A DNA stretch of 64,000 nt from Naegleria gruberi (taxonomy: Eukaryota): the NCBI GenBank assembly GCA_000004985.1, contig GG738925.1; one strand, written 5' to 3'. The notes beneath the pieces were generated by a model that searched no databases, was not told the origin of the DNA, and saw nothing but the letters and a program-made list of their open reading frames with translations. Below, piece by piece: positions 11,542 through 22,252 of the stretch (the stretch's first letter is position 1; every line of letters starts with the position of its first letter). The position numbers and the translations under genes were made by a program.

Positions 11542-12348
11542 TTAATCACTTTCATCAGAGCTTGAATCAGAGTCATCGGATGTATCATCTGATGAAGTAT
11601 CACTATCACTCGAATCAGAATCATCACTGGCACTTGAATCATCTAGAGCTGCTTTAGCATCAATCTCTCCTGGTTTTTGTCCTAAACCCATTGGACGCGG
11701 AGGTAAATGTTGTGTTGTGGCCATGGACATCATGGAAATTGGTTGTTGTTGTTGTTGTTGAGACATAACAATTGGAGGAAGAATAGTTTCTTCCTTTCTC
11801 TTCTTTGAAATTGGTCCATCAATATCCAAATTATTAGGAGGTGGTGTAACTTTCTTTGGTGGAGTCGTTTGTTTTGGTTGACCTAACAATTGAACTGACC
11901 GATTCGATGGCACAATAGTTTCTGTAATTCCAGCTGTTTTGAGCTTTCCAGTGGAAGAACTGTGAGCAAGTGAAGGAGGTGGATTACTCGTGTCCACAAG
12001 ATTTGTAAAACCTGTTGTTGCCTTCAACTTTTCCAATCTAAATGTCCCACTATATCTATCATAAATTAATACACATTCATGTACATTGGATTTGTTATTT
12101 GGTACGTAGGATCCCTTGAAAACAAACTTGGAGTTTGCTGTCAGTGTTGCTGGAGAGGCTGATGTGTAACTGTCGACAACACTCGAGTCAATATCAAAGC
12201 TTCCTTCCCAATTGTTTTCCTTTAATGTTTTTGGTTTGAAATTAAAGAAGAGTGAGTGATATTCAGTATTAGAGGATGATGTATTGTTATTGGAAATTGT
12301 TTCTCCAACTTCAATTTTGTATTCAGTGTCCTTTTGTAAATTATCCAT
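11542..12348 (-). CDS. EAF (ELL-associated factor)-like transcription elongation factor
   Basis: The N-terminal domain YHSLFFNFKPKTL...SKFVFKGSY...ECVLIYDRYSGTFRLEKL matches the EAF family pattern (RYDFKP...VFKG...DCVLI.HDTGE..LEKL). The C-terminal Ser/Asp-rich acidic tail is typical of EAF. Confidence 0.65.
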   Translation of the reverse strand: MDNLQKDTEYKIEVGETISNNNTSSSNTEYHSLFFNFKPKTLKENNWEGSFDIDSSVVDSYTSASPATLTANSKFVFKGSYVPNNKSNVHECVLIYDRYSGTFRLEKLKATTGFTNLVDTSNPPPSLAHSSSTGKLKTAGITETIVPSNRSVQLLGQPKQTTPPKKVTPPPNNLDIDGPISKKRKEETILPPIVMSQQQQQQPISMMSMATTQHLPPRPMGLGQKPGEIDAKAALDDSSASDDSDSSDSDTSSDDTSDDSDSSSDESD

Positions 12349-13235
12349 CTAGATGATCGCCAAATTAATTTGCTCTTCTTTTTCAATTTGTATTAAATAT
12401 TACAATAAGTATCTTCTCTTTGTCAATAATTATCAAATTATATCAAATTATAATAAAAAAATGATGATCACGAGATGATCTGTGATGGTTGACGATCTAT
12501 TTTTTTGATTTTGAAAAATTTAAAAATAAGAAAAATATTTGAAAATAGCCAAAGTTTTGAAGGAAAAACAACATGAAAGTAATCAGAGGTTTGACAAATC
12601 GAATGTAAAATGTAATTGCCAATAACAACCAATGACTCTACTTCCTATTGTGATATCTAACCAATAGGTGGATTCTCGAGTCATTAATTTCAGTTATTTT
12701 CCAGTAATTTAACTCAACGACCAAGAAACGAAATTTTCTCAATTCTTCACTTGACGATTCCTGATCGAGAATGCATCAAATAGTTACTGATTTTGCAATT
12801 TGAAAACTTCAAGCTTATTAGACGTCATCCTTCTCTATGTGTGATTGGTATCAAATGATGAGCTGAAAACTATTCGAAAGGTTCTTAATCTCGCAATGTG
12901 GAAAGAAATTATAGAAAATCGGTAGCGAAAGAACAAAAACAGCAACCTCAATACGAATGCCCTATCAAGTTGAAACAGTTGACATTTGTTGACAGTACAC
13001 AAGCGACTTGTTATTGAAAATAAGCTTGTCACAATTAAATTCATCAATTTGACATTTCATAAAAAATTGTGTCAATATTAAAGTGTTTAGACTATTAACT
13101 TTCATCCATTTCAGTATTGCTAATTTTACCACAACACAATTTTCCACTAGGTTTAATTTTACTTTCGTCTATTTTCGAGACGAATCAATCAGCTTCAAAC
13201 TTTAAAAACTAATCCATCATCTCATCGTCATCATC

Positions 13236-16026
13236 ATGACAGAACCAACAGTTTCTAATACACCATTAGATTCGAATAGATTCGGTATGTCATCCACAAC
13301 TACTTCTCAACCTCCACCATTAGCACTTCAATCCAATAACAGCAACATCATGAATAATAGTAATAGCAATAATAATAATAACTATAGTCAACATGTTTCT
13401 AATAATTTCATCCAACTTTCAGAACAACAACAAACAAATTCGGGAAATCAAAATATTGGGATTCTCGATATTCTCAGTGGAGGTGGTGGAAATCAACAGT
13501 TAAAAGGAAGTTCTATTCCATTCTCTTCTTCAAATAATAATAATCAAACAGTACCAATTTCATCATCAAATTCTATTCGAAATTTGTAAGTTTAGTTTCG
13601 GATAACATTTTTCATAGACCAAACAATAATTTAATTATTATTACAATTAACATTTGAATAATAGAAATCCATCTGCTAGAAAATCCCTCCCTTCCACTTC
13701 TACTCTCTCTCCCTATCACATACAATCGTCCAATTTAAACGATTCGTCCTTTTCACCTCGTTTCGCCAGACAATTCTCTCAACCACCACTTTCCTTTGTA
13801 AATGAACAAGATGCCTCCAATATGATGATGGGAAATAACGAAGAATTATCAGGTGGAGAAGAGGAATTAGAAATGACACCTCAACAAGCTAAAACTAACG
13901 ACCAACAAAATGGTCAACCAACTTCTTCTAATGGTAGTGGAAATAGTAGAAGAATGAATTATGCATGTACAGAATGTAGAAAAGCACACAAAGCTTGTAC
14001 TGGAGAAAGGTTTGTTATTTGCTAATTGATATCAATTTTGTTTACATGTGATTCGTCAACTTTCATTTTATTGTTGCGACCATGTGCGCTCGTCATCCTT
14101 TTATATTTATGTATTGTGGTAATATGGAATGACAATGTGTGAATTTAAATGTACCATCTTTGGACAACTGCTTTCATTGCTAATATTTTACAATTTTTCT
14201 GAATTTTTCACAAATTCACTTTTCAATGAATCTTCAAATTCCCTTAATTATTAATAATAATAATAATATTGAAATAATTTAATAGACCTTGTGATAGATG
14301 TAAAAAATTGGGAATGGAAGACAAGTGCAAGAGTACCATTCGTAAAAAACGTATTCTCACCAAGAGATATTGGGTTCATTTCATGTCCAACGATGGCAGT
14401 AATAATACCAACTCAATGATGGATGATAGTAGTGCTGGGGATCAATCACCAGCAAGTATTCATCAGCAAGCTTTCTTTCCTAATGTAGGTGCTGGTGGAC
14501 CACAAATGGGAAATGCTAGAAATGCCTCAATGAATTTCAAGAGACACTCTAGTGCTAATTTACCATCCTTCTCATCTATTAAGAGATTGAATCAAGGATT
14601 GAGCGGAGGCAGTTCAAATAGTATGAGCTCATTCCAAGGTAGTGAAATAATGTCAACAAGTGACGCTTCAATGCTCAATCCAAATGAATATAATAACATG
14701 TACAGTGGTGATCGTTCTCCAAGACAAGTTCCTCACTCTTACAATTATCATCCCTATAAGAGTCCACGTGGTCAGCATCCAGAGCAAGTAATGGATCAAT
14801 CCTCTCCAAATCAAACTCTTCAAAACAACAATGGTATGAATCCAAATAGTGGCTTTAGTCCTAGAAATAGTTTTAATAGAGCTGCCTCATCATCTCAAAT
14901 TCCAACTCCATTGCAACAACAGCAACAAAATGGGAGTTATGGCTTCTCTGGAAATGTTGCATCATTGGATGCCTATCGATTGGATGGAAAGATACCAACT
15001 GGTAATTCAAATACCAATTCTGTGGAATCCTCTCCAAGAGAGAGTGGAGTTTTGAATCATTTGAATATGAGTACATTTAACAATTCTATTGGATCTCAAT
15101 TGGATCCACAAACTGTAAATAGACATTACAATAGAGGAAGTATGAGAATTCAACCACTTTTCAATCAGCATACCAAATCCTTGTCAGATACCAACTTGTT
15201 ACCATCACCTTCCATGTTATTGGATCATCAACGACAACAATCCATGTTTAATTTCCCATCTCATCAACAAACCAATAATACTAATGGTAATATTAATAAT
15301 AACAGCATGGCAATGGATGAATTTTCAAATGGTAATAATCAGAATAGTCATCAACATCATAATTTACACATTCCTCCAATCATGCTTGAAAAGAATCCAA
15401 ATATTCCACAATTTACCATTCAACCATCTCCAAATCACTCAAACAATTCCAATTCCAATACACCAAGAAGTGGCATATTCTTTGAAAACTCTCCTCGAAG
15501 TGGCAATAATATGGGAAGTGGTGAATACTATTACTCTCCTCGAAGTGAAGTGGACTACTCTTCCGACATGTCCTCTCTCACTAACAGTCCACGTTTTGGA
15601 ACTGGTGGAGGAGCTGATTCCAACTCCAGCACTCCACGTAGTTTGATAGGAAGTATGAATACCATGTCCATCAATGATTCCTCACCTCTCGCTCAACAAT
15701 TATCTGCTCAGCAGCAATATCCACCTGGATATAGAGGAAGCTTACATTATGACTCTCCCTCATTGATGGTTCCTGGTAATAGAAAGTCAGTGGCTGGATA
15801 CTTGAATCAGGCAGGTAATAGATTTAGTTTGGGGTCGGCTTACCATGGATCTGCCTATGTACAACAGCAGCAGCAACAGCAATCGAATGGTCTCTCACTT
15901 CCAAATTCTACTTCTCCCTCCACATCCACAACAACATACACCAATCATCCAGGAAATAGGTATAGTTTAGGACCTAATCAGGATTTATATCAATACTCTA
16001 CGAGGTCTAACAATTTTAGAAAATAA
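13236..16026 (+). CDS. Zn(II)2Cys6 (GAL4-type) zinc-cluster transcription factor with long N/Q/S-rich low-complexity regions, 3 exons
   Basis: Exons are 13236..13585, 13665..14009 and 14286..16026. Introns are 13586..13664 (gtaagt..aatag) and 14010..14285 (gtttgt..aatag). The spliced protein contains ACTECRKAHKACTGERPCDRCKKLGMEDKC, the six-Cys binuclear cluster, which is split by intron 2. Confidence 0.75.
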
Positions 16027-16704
16027 TATTGACTATAGGATTGATATTGAATCATCAGCATTTTCATTATATTGTAAATATATTTTCAATTTGAATCAAA
16101 TTTTCATCATTTATTTTTTTATTGAAAATTAATTATTTAATAATTGAAGGATATTATTAATATTATTTAATTAGTAATAATTGATTATTCATCATTCTCA
16201 ATTGACCGAATGTATAAACATCATTAAGCAATACTAAGCAATCAGGGAACATGATAATTGGAACAGTGAAATATCGGATGGAAGCATTGTTGTACATGCA
16301 GTGCATTCCTAAATCAATTCGTAAATTCGATTTAATTGGCAAGTCTATTTGCTGTTTCAACCATTCCATCTCTTTCACTTACTATCTATCAACAAGCAAC
16401 TGCTTTTCAATTTTCATTATCAGACATCTCTAAAAGTTATCAGTCCATTCATTACCTGAAATCTCCTTCAATGCACATTTGAACGTGTCTGGAAATGGCG
16501 CCAAAACATCTTCATACAAGCAGTTACAGCAGTTGCAGTTCAAATTTGGTGAAACGATAACCCGCCAAAATTTATTGTAGTTTTTCCGCCAAAAATGTTT
16601 TGTTTACAAATCGTACTCAAAAATACAAACAAGCAATAATCCTTAAAGCCTGGCATGATCTGGCTTTTGCCTCAAAACAAAAAAAAATATAACAAAACCC
16701 CTAA

Positions 16705-18069
<1,365 letters not shown>

Positions 18070-18270
18070 ATTCAATAAAATCTAGGTCCTGTACATAAAT
18101 TAAAAGAAACTTTGAAATTTGTTTTGTAAACACTCACACATCTCGCTTATTCTTATTCTTATTTTCTAAGGTTTTTAGGGATTAGGAAGGGGATCAAATC
18201 GGTTAATATTTCCAAGGGTGAATGTCAAGGTATCTCAATGATTGATATTTCTCAACTTTAGATGATATAT

Positions 18271-18389
18271 GGCTACGGCCATATCACGATTCATGCACCT
18301 CATCCCGTCCGATTTGAGAAGTTAAGCATCGTCGAGCCACATCAGTACTGAGGTTGGAGACAACTTGGGAACCTGTGGTGCTGTAGTCT
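18271..18389 (+). rRNA. 5S ribosomal RNA gene (copy 1)
   Basis: 119 nt: ggctacggccatatcacgattcatgcacctcatcccgtccgatttgagaagttaagc...gtactgaggttggagacaacttgggaacctgtggtgctgtagtct. Helix I pairs 5' ggctacggc with 3' gctgtagtc. The conserved CCGTCCGAT, GTTAAGC, AGTACT, GGAGAC and GGGAA blocks are present. A T5 Pol III terminator follows immediately. Confidence 0.85.
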
Positions 18390-18393
18390 TTTT
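18389..18393 (+). terminator. Pol III oligo-T terminator of 5S copy 1
   Basis: A run of 5 T directly follows the 5S 3' end. Confidence 0.6.
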
Positions 18394-18476
18394 AATTTCA
18401 TTTTAATTTCAACAATTTGTTAGGTTTTATTTACAATGATTTGCCTAGGTTTACAAAATTTTGAGTTATATGGAGA

Positions 18477-18725
18477 TTACCACTTTTTGAATTGTTTGTT
18501 TCTCATTTCTAAAGTATTATGTGATTGAGATTTGGAAGTTTTACTTGTTTCACTTCCAATAGAATTCAATGTTTTGTAATCAATTAAATTTCTTTTTCTT
18601 GTTCCTCCAACAATATTATCCATAGAAATTTCGGAATTAAATTGTGAGGAGGAATTATACATATTTCTTCTTGTTGAGACCATTTTCTTATTGTTGTTTG
18701 TTTTCTTTTGTTTGTTGATTTTCAT
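18477..18725 (-). CDS. Small basic protein (82 aa), paralog A
   Basis: MKINKQKKTNNNKK...IVGGTRKRNLIDYKTLNSIG.... It shares a GTR(K/H)RN(L/N)IDY(K/H)..LN motif and overall layout with the divergently transcribed ORF at 18911..19207. Confidence 0.45.
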   Translation of the reverse strand: MKINKQKKTNNNKKMVSTRRNMYNSSSQFNSEISMDNIVGGTRKRNLIDYKTLNSIGSETSKTSKSQSHNTLEMRNKQFKKW

Positions 18726-18910
18726 TAAATTTCCTTCATCAAAATATTAATAGAAAAATTCAAACTTCTTGTGATGAGTGGAAAATCCACTAAAAATCGG
18801 AATCACAAAATTAGTGGAAATCATCACGGAAATAAATAGATAATTGTTCTAAAGGATGATGAAATTTCCAAAACAAAACAAAACAACCTAATAACAAACC
18901 TAAGAGCAAA

Positions 18911-19207
18911 ATGCCAGCAAGAAATACTTCATCAAATTCTTCTTCATCTTCCAAAGATAGAATTCCAACAAAAACAGTCTGGTCAAGATCTAAACCAATT
19001 GATTTATCTAAAAGATTACCATTATTTGATATTGATACATCTAATATTATAAGTGGAACTAGACATCGTAATAATATTGATTATCATTATGCAAATTTAA
19101 ATGGTAAACAAATTTCAGTGAAAAGATCATCGAAAAATTCAATTGAAAAGAGAGCTAAACAATCAACCACCACATCTAAGAAGATTACGAAATCGAAAAA
19201 GATGTAA
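18911..19207 (+). CDS. Small basic protein (98 aa), paralog B
   Basis: ...IISGTRHRNNIDYHYANLNGKQ...KRAKQSTTTSKKITKSKKM. It is a paralog of 18477..18725 with the same conserved core and a K/S-rich tail. Confidence 0.45.
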   Translation: MPARNTSSNSSSSSKDRIPTKTVWSRSKPIDLSKRLPLFDIDTSNIISGTRHRNNIDYHYANLNGKQISVKRSSKNSIEKRAKQSTTTSKKITKSKKM

Positions 19208-19590
19208 ATTACAACTTGTAAATAATTCAGTAAATTGTAAATAAAATAATTTTGAAATAGATGAAGTTTCAATTTAGAATTGATCAGAATATGAGAAACC
19301 AAAATTTGGATCAAGCAATTCACATGGCAAAAGTTCAATAAATAGAAGGGTGATCAACCTTTTCAATTTACTCAACAACCTGTTATTTGAACACAACAAG
19401 ATTCGTCCAGAACTCTTGCCTTCACTGTTCATACAGTCAAAGACTGTAGCGGGATTGTCGCCATATTCCTGGCATGCTTCCCGTCTACAATTACAAAATG
19501 AATTAACAATGGAAAGACAAACAACAAATCTTATTTACTTGAAACTTATTCATTTTTTCAATTTATTATTCATTGTATTAAGGCAATAAA

Positions 19591-19618
19591 TGGCTACGGT
19601 ATATCGTTTCATAGAGTT
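19591..19618 (+). pseudogene. Degenerate 5S rRNA 5'-fragment
   Basis: atggctacggtatatcgtttcatagag aligns to the first ~30 nt of the 5S genes (atggctacggccatatcacgattcatgcac), with indels and no 3' part. Confidence 0.25.
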
Positions 19619-19935
19619 AAACATTGATTTTGAGTAATGAATAGCTGTACCCAAACCATTTTACAAGTATTAAATTTTTCCAATAATCACCTTTTAATTC
19701 AAAACCATTAAGAGTCAAATTGCATTCAATTCACGAACAACAAGTTAAAATTCAGTATTGCATGTACTTACTAAACATGAACCAATTTTGTGTCCAGAAA
19801 CAAAAATCGGTTCATCGAAAGAATTTCTTTGCAGAAGAACTACTTTCTAAAAATATATAACTCTCAAACAGTTTAAAGCAAGGAACTGTTTTGAATTCAA
19901 GAAAAACCATTAAGAAAAACAGGACAACAAACATA

Positions 19936-20394
19936 ATGCAATTATTTGTCAAGACACTCACTGGAAGAACTATCACTTTGGAGGTTGAATCTAATGATTC
20001 AATTGAAAATGTGAAAAGAAAAGTGCAAGATAAGGAAGGAATTTCACCAGATCAACAAAGACTCATCTTTGCTGGAAAACAATTGGAAGATGGCAGAACT
20101 ATTAATGATTACAACATTCAAAAAGATTCAACTCTTCATTTGGTGTTGAGATTAAGAGGAGGAATGCAACTTTTTGTAAAAACTTTAACTGGAAAGACAA
20201 TCACTATTGAAATGGAATCGAATGATACTGTTGAGAATATGAAACAAAAGATATTTGATAAGGAAGGTATTCCTTCAGATCAACAACGATTGATTTATGC
20301 CGGTAAGCAATTGGAAGATGGAAGAACTATTGGTGATTACAATCTTCAAAAGGATTCAACTGTGCATTTAGTATTGAGATTGAGAGGTGGTTAA
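19936..20394 (+). CDS. Two-unit polyubiquitin-like gene with divergent repeats
   Basis: Two 76-aa units each end in LRLRGG, and the stop follows the last GG directly. Unit 1 is [76 protein letters not shown]. Unit 2 is [76 protein letters not shown]. The ORF extends 15 codons upstream in frame ([15 protein letters not shown]), so start-site choice is uncertain. Confidence 0.85.
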   Translation: MQLFVKTLTGRTITLEVESNDSIENVKRKVQDKEGISPDQQRLIFAGKQLEDGRTINDYNIQKDSTLHLVLRLRGGMQLFVKTLTGKTITIEMESNDTVENMKQKIFDKEGIPSDQQRLIYAGKQLEDGRTIGDYNLQKDSTVHLVLRLRGG

Positions 20395-20661
20395 GTTAGC
20401 AAAATATTATAGATTCTCTCAATTGTCAATAAATTATTTATTGAATAGTGAACATGAGTAAAATTTATTCAATATAATAATCAACATCCAAAAACAAGTC
20501 ATTTGTAACTTTTAAACCTTCCTTAAGTACTTTAAAACAAACGAAACATATTGATAGTACAAATTCAGTGGCTGAACAATTGGTTTTGAATAAAGGATTA
20601 TCAGCAATTGCTTAATGAGTGTTATGAGATTGTTTTTATACTAAGAATTAAGATAAATGAT

Positions 20662-20780
20662 GGCTACGGCCATATCACGATTCGTGCACCTCATCCCGTC
20701 CGATTTGAGAAGTTAAGCATCGTCGAGCCACATCAGTACTGAGGTTGGAGACAACTTGGGAACCTGTGGTGCTGTAGTCT
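20662..20780 (+). rRNA. 5S ribosomal RNA gene (copy 2)
   Basis: 119 nt, identical to copy 1 except for one substitution (gattcGtgcacc). A T6 terminator follows. Confidence 0.85.
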
Positions 20781-20785
20781 TTTTT
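20780..20785 (+). terminator. Pol III oligo-T terminator of 5S copy 2
   Basis: A run of 6 T at the 5S 3' end. Confidence 0.6.
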
Positions 20786-20848
20786 CTAAAGAGGTTTAAA
20801 GTTTCCTAACATCTATTTATTTATACAGTATTGTGTTGTACAATTCTT

Positions 20849-21298
20849 TCATTTCATAAAAGTTAAACATTTTTCAATCATTGACTTTTCATCAATTTCA
20901 CTCTTGGTTGAACAGTGAATTGTTGCACTCAAACCATTTAATTTTTGTTTAACTGTTTTTACAGTGGCAGCAACTTGAAACTTTTCCTTAACATTGGTGT
21001 CGTTTGGACACCATGTGATAAACATCATTTTCGTTCTGATTCCTTCCCTGAGTGAAGTTTCGTTTTGGGATGGCATTTCGAAACTTAAATGATAGCAAAT
21101 GAAACGGGAATTCTTTGGTGGAAGATTAGCAGTCAATTCATCCAATGAAGAGAGTTGAGTCAATTCTTGATCTATTTGAAGGGAACTTTCTTGCATTTTT
21201 AATACCAGGAACTTTTTATCCTTATTCGAACCCTTTCCCATTCTCATTTCTTCATAGGTTTTGATAATTTCATCACTGAATTGACAATTAAGCATCAT
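20849..21298 (-). CDS. Glia maturation factor (GMF)-like ADF-H domain protein
   Basis: 149 aa. LVLKMQESSLQIDQELTQLSSLDELTANLPPKNSRFICYHLSFE and MMFITWCPNDTNVKEKFQVAATVKTVKQKL align to GMF ([33 protein letters not shown] ... [25 protein letters not shown]). Confidence 0.65.
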   Translation of the reverse strand: MMLNCQFSDEIIKTYEEMRMGKGSNKDKKFLVLKMQESSLQIDQELTQLSSLDELTANLPPKNSRFICYHLSFEMPSQNETSLREGIRTKMMFITWCPNDTNVKEKFQVAATVKTVKQKLNGLSATIHCSTKSEIDEKSMIEKCLTFMK

Positions 21299-21570
21299 TT
21301 TGATTAGTTTGAGTTGTTTAGTTGTTTAGATATTTGTTTTGTTGTTGTTTTTCAAAAGTTTCGAACACAATGCAAGTATTTATATTTATTTTGAAGTGGA
21401 CTAGTTGCAATTTGGGAGTAGAGAGGAGACAATTTTGAAAGATTGGTTGTGCATTAACCAATAGAATTGTTTCAAGTTTGATTGATAAGCGGAAATAATT
21501 TGAAAGATAGGCAAGGAACTTGGAACTTTTTTAAAAGGAATTTTTTTTTGAAAAATGAGAGTGTCAAATC

Positions 21571-21815
21571 TTTGATTATTTTCTCGATGGTTTTAAGAGA
21601 TGAAACTTTGAAAATTGATATTTAGCTAGATTGCATTTCATTCCTCCTATGATTAAAAAAGTAAAACTCAAACATTGGGATAAGGCACGAATCTTTATTT
21701 ATTTTCTCAGTGGTTTTAAGAGATAAAACTTTGAACATTGAAAAATAGGTAGATTACATACTATTACCTCTATTATGAAAAAAGCAAAACTCAAATATTC
21801 CAGAAAGAGTCAAAA
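21571..21815. repeat. Two tandem ~123-bp repeat units immediately 3' of tRNA-Asp
   Basis: Unit 1 is about 21571..21693 and unit 2 about 21694..21815, roughly 80% identical. Both have the shape tt(t)attttctc(g/a)(a/g)tggttttaagagat(g/a)aaactttgaa(a/c)attga...agatt(g/a)cat...aaaaaag(t/c)aaaactcaaa(c/t)att. Confidence 0.5.
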
Positions 21816-21822
21816 ATTATGA

Positions 21823-21893
21823 CTCGATTGCCGGGAATTGAACCCGGGTCGCCAGAGTGACAGTCTGGAATGCTACCACTATACCACACCCGA
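21823..21893 (-). tRNA. tRNA-Asp (anticodon GUC)
   Basis: The reverse complement is tcgggtg tg gtat agtggta gcat t ccaga ctGTCac tctgg cgac ccggg ttcaatt cccgg caatcga g. The D arm is AGTGGTA and the T arm GGGTTCAATTCCC. The 5-bp anticodon stem has a 7-nt loop with GTC at positions 34-36. The acceptor stem has one G-A mismatch (5:68). No CCA is encoded. Confidence 0.7.
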
Positions 21894-22252
21894 TTTCACA
21901 TGAATTATTACAACAGACTTTGACATTATATTTGGAGAAAATTTATTGAAACTTCCATTTCAAAGTTGCAATCAGTTTAAAAAAACAAATCATCACATAC
22001 CATAATGAAGAGAACATTTGGAACACGCTGAGAAGGCAATAGGTTTGGTTTCACTATTATATTTGAGGCATGTAGTGTAATTCTAACATCACGATCAGCT
22101 CATTTCTCTGAAGTGTTGGTGGCGTAACTCCACCCATGCCTTTTTACACACCAATTTTTGGATTATTATTTCTTGTAACATGCAATTTCTTGATTATTAT
22201 TTGTTGTAAAATGCTGAATTTCCAGCTTTCTGGAGAAAAACAGTGAAAAAAA

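Noticed and set aside
21823-21893. Alternative reading of the tRNA as a non-functional tRNA-like sequence
   Set aside because: The acceptor stem has one G-A mismatch and the D stem relies on G-U pairs. All other elements are canonical: T arm GGGTTCAATTCCC, a 7-nt anticodon loop with GTC, and a 4-nt variable loop. The tRNA call is kept at moderate confidence.
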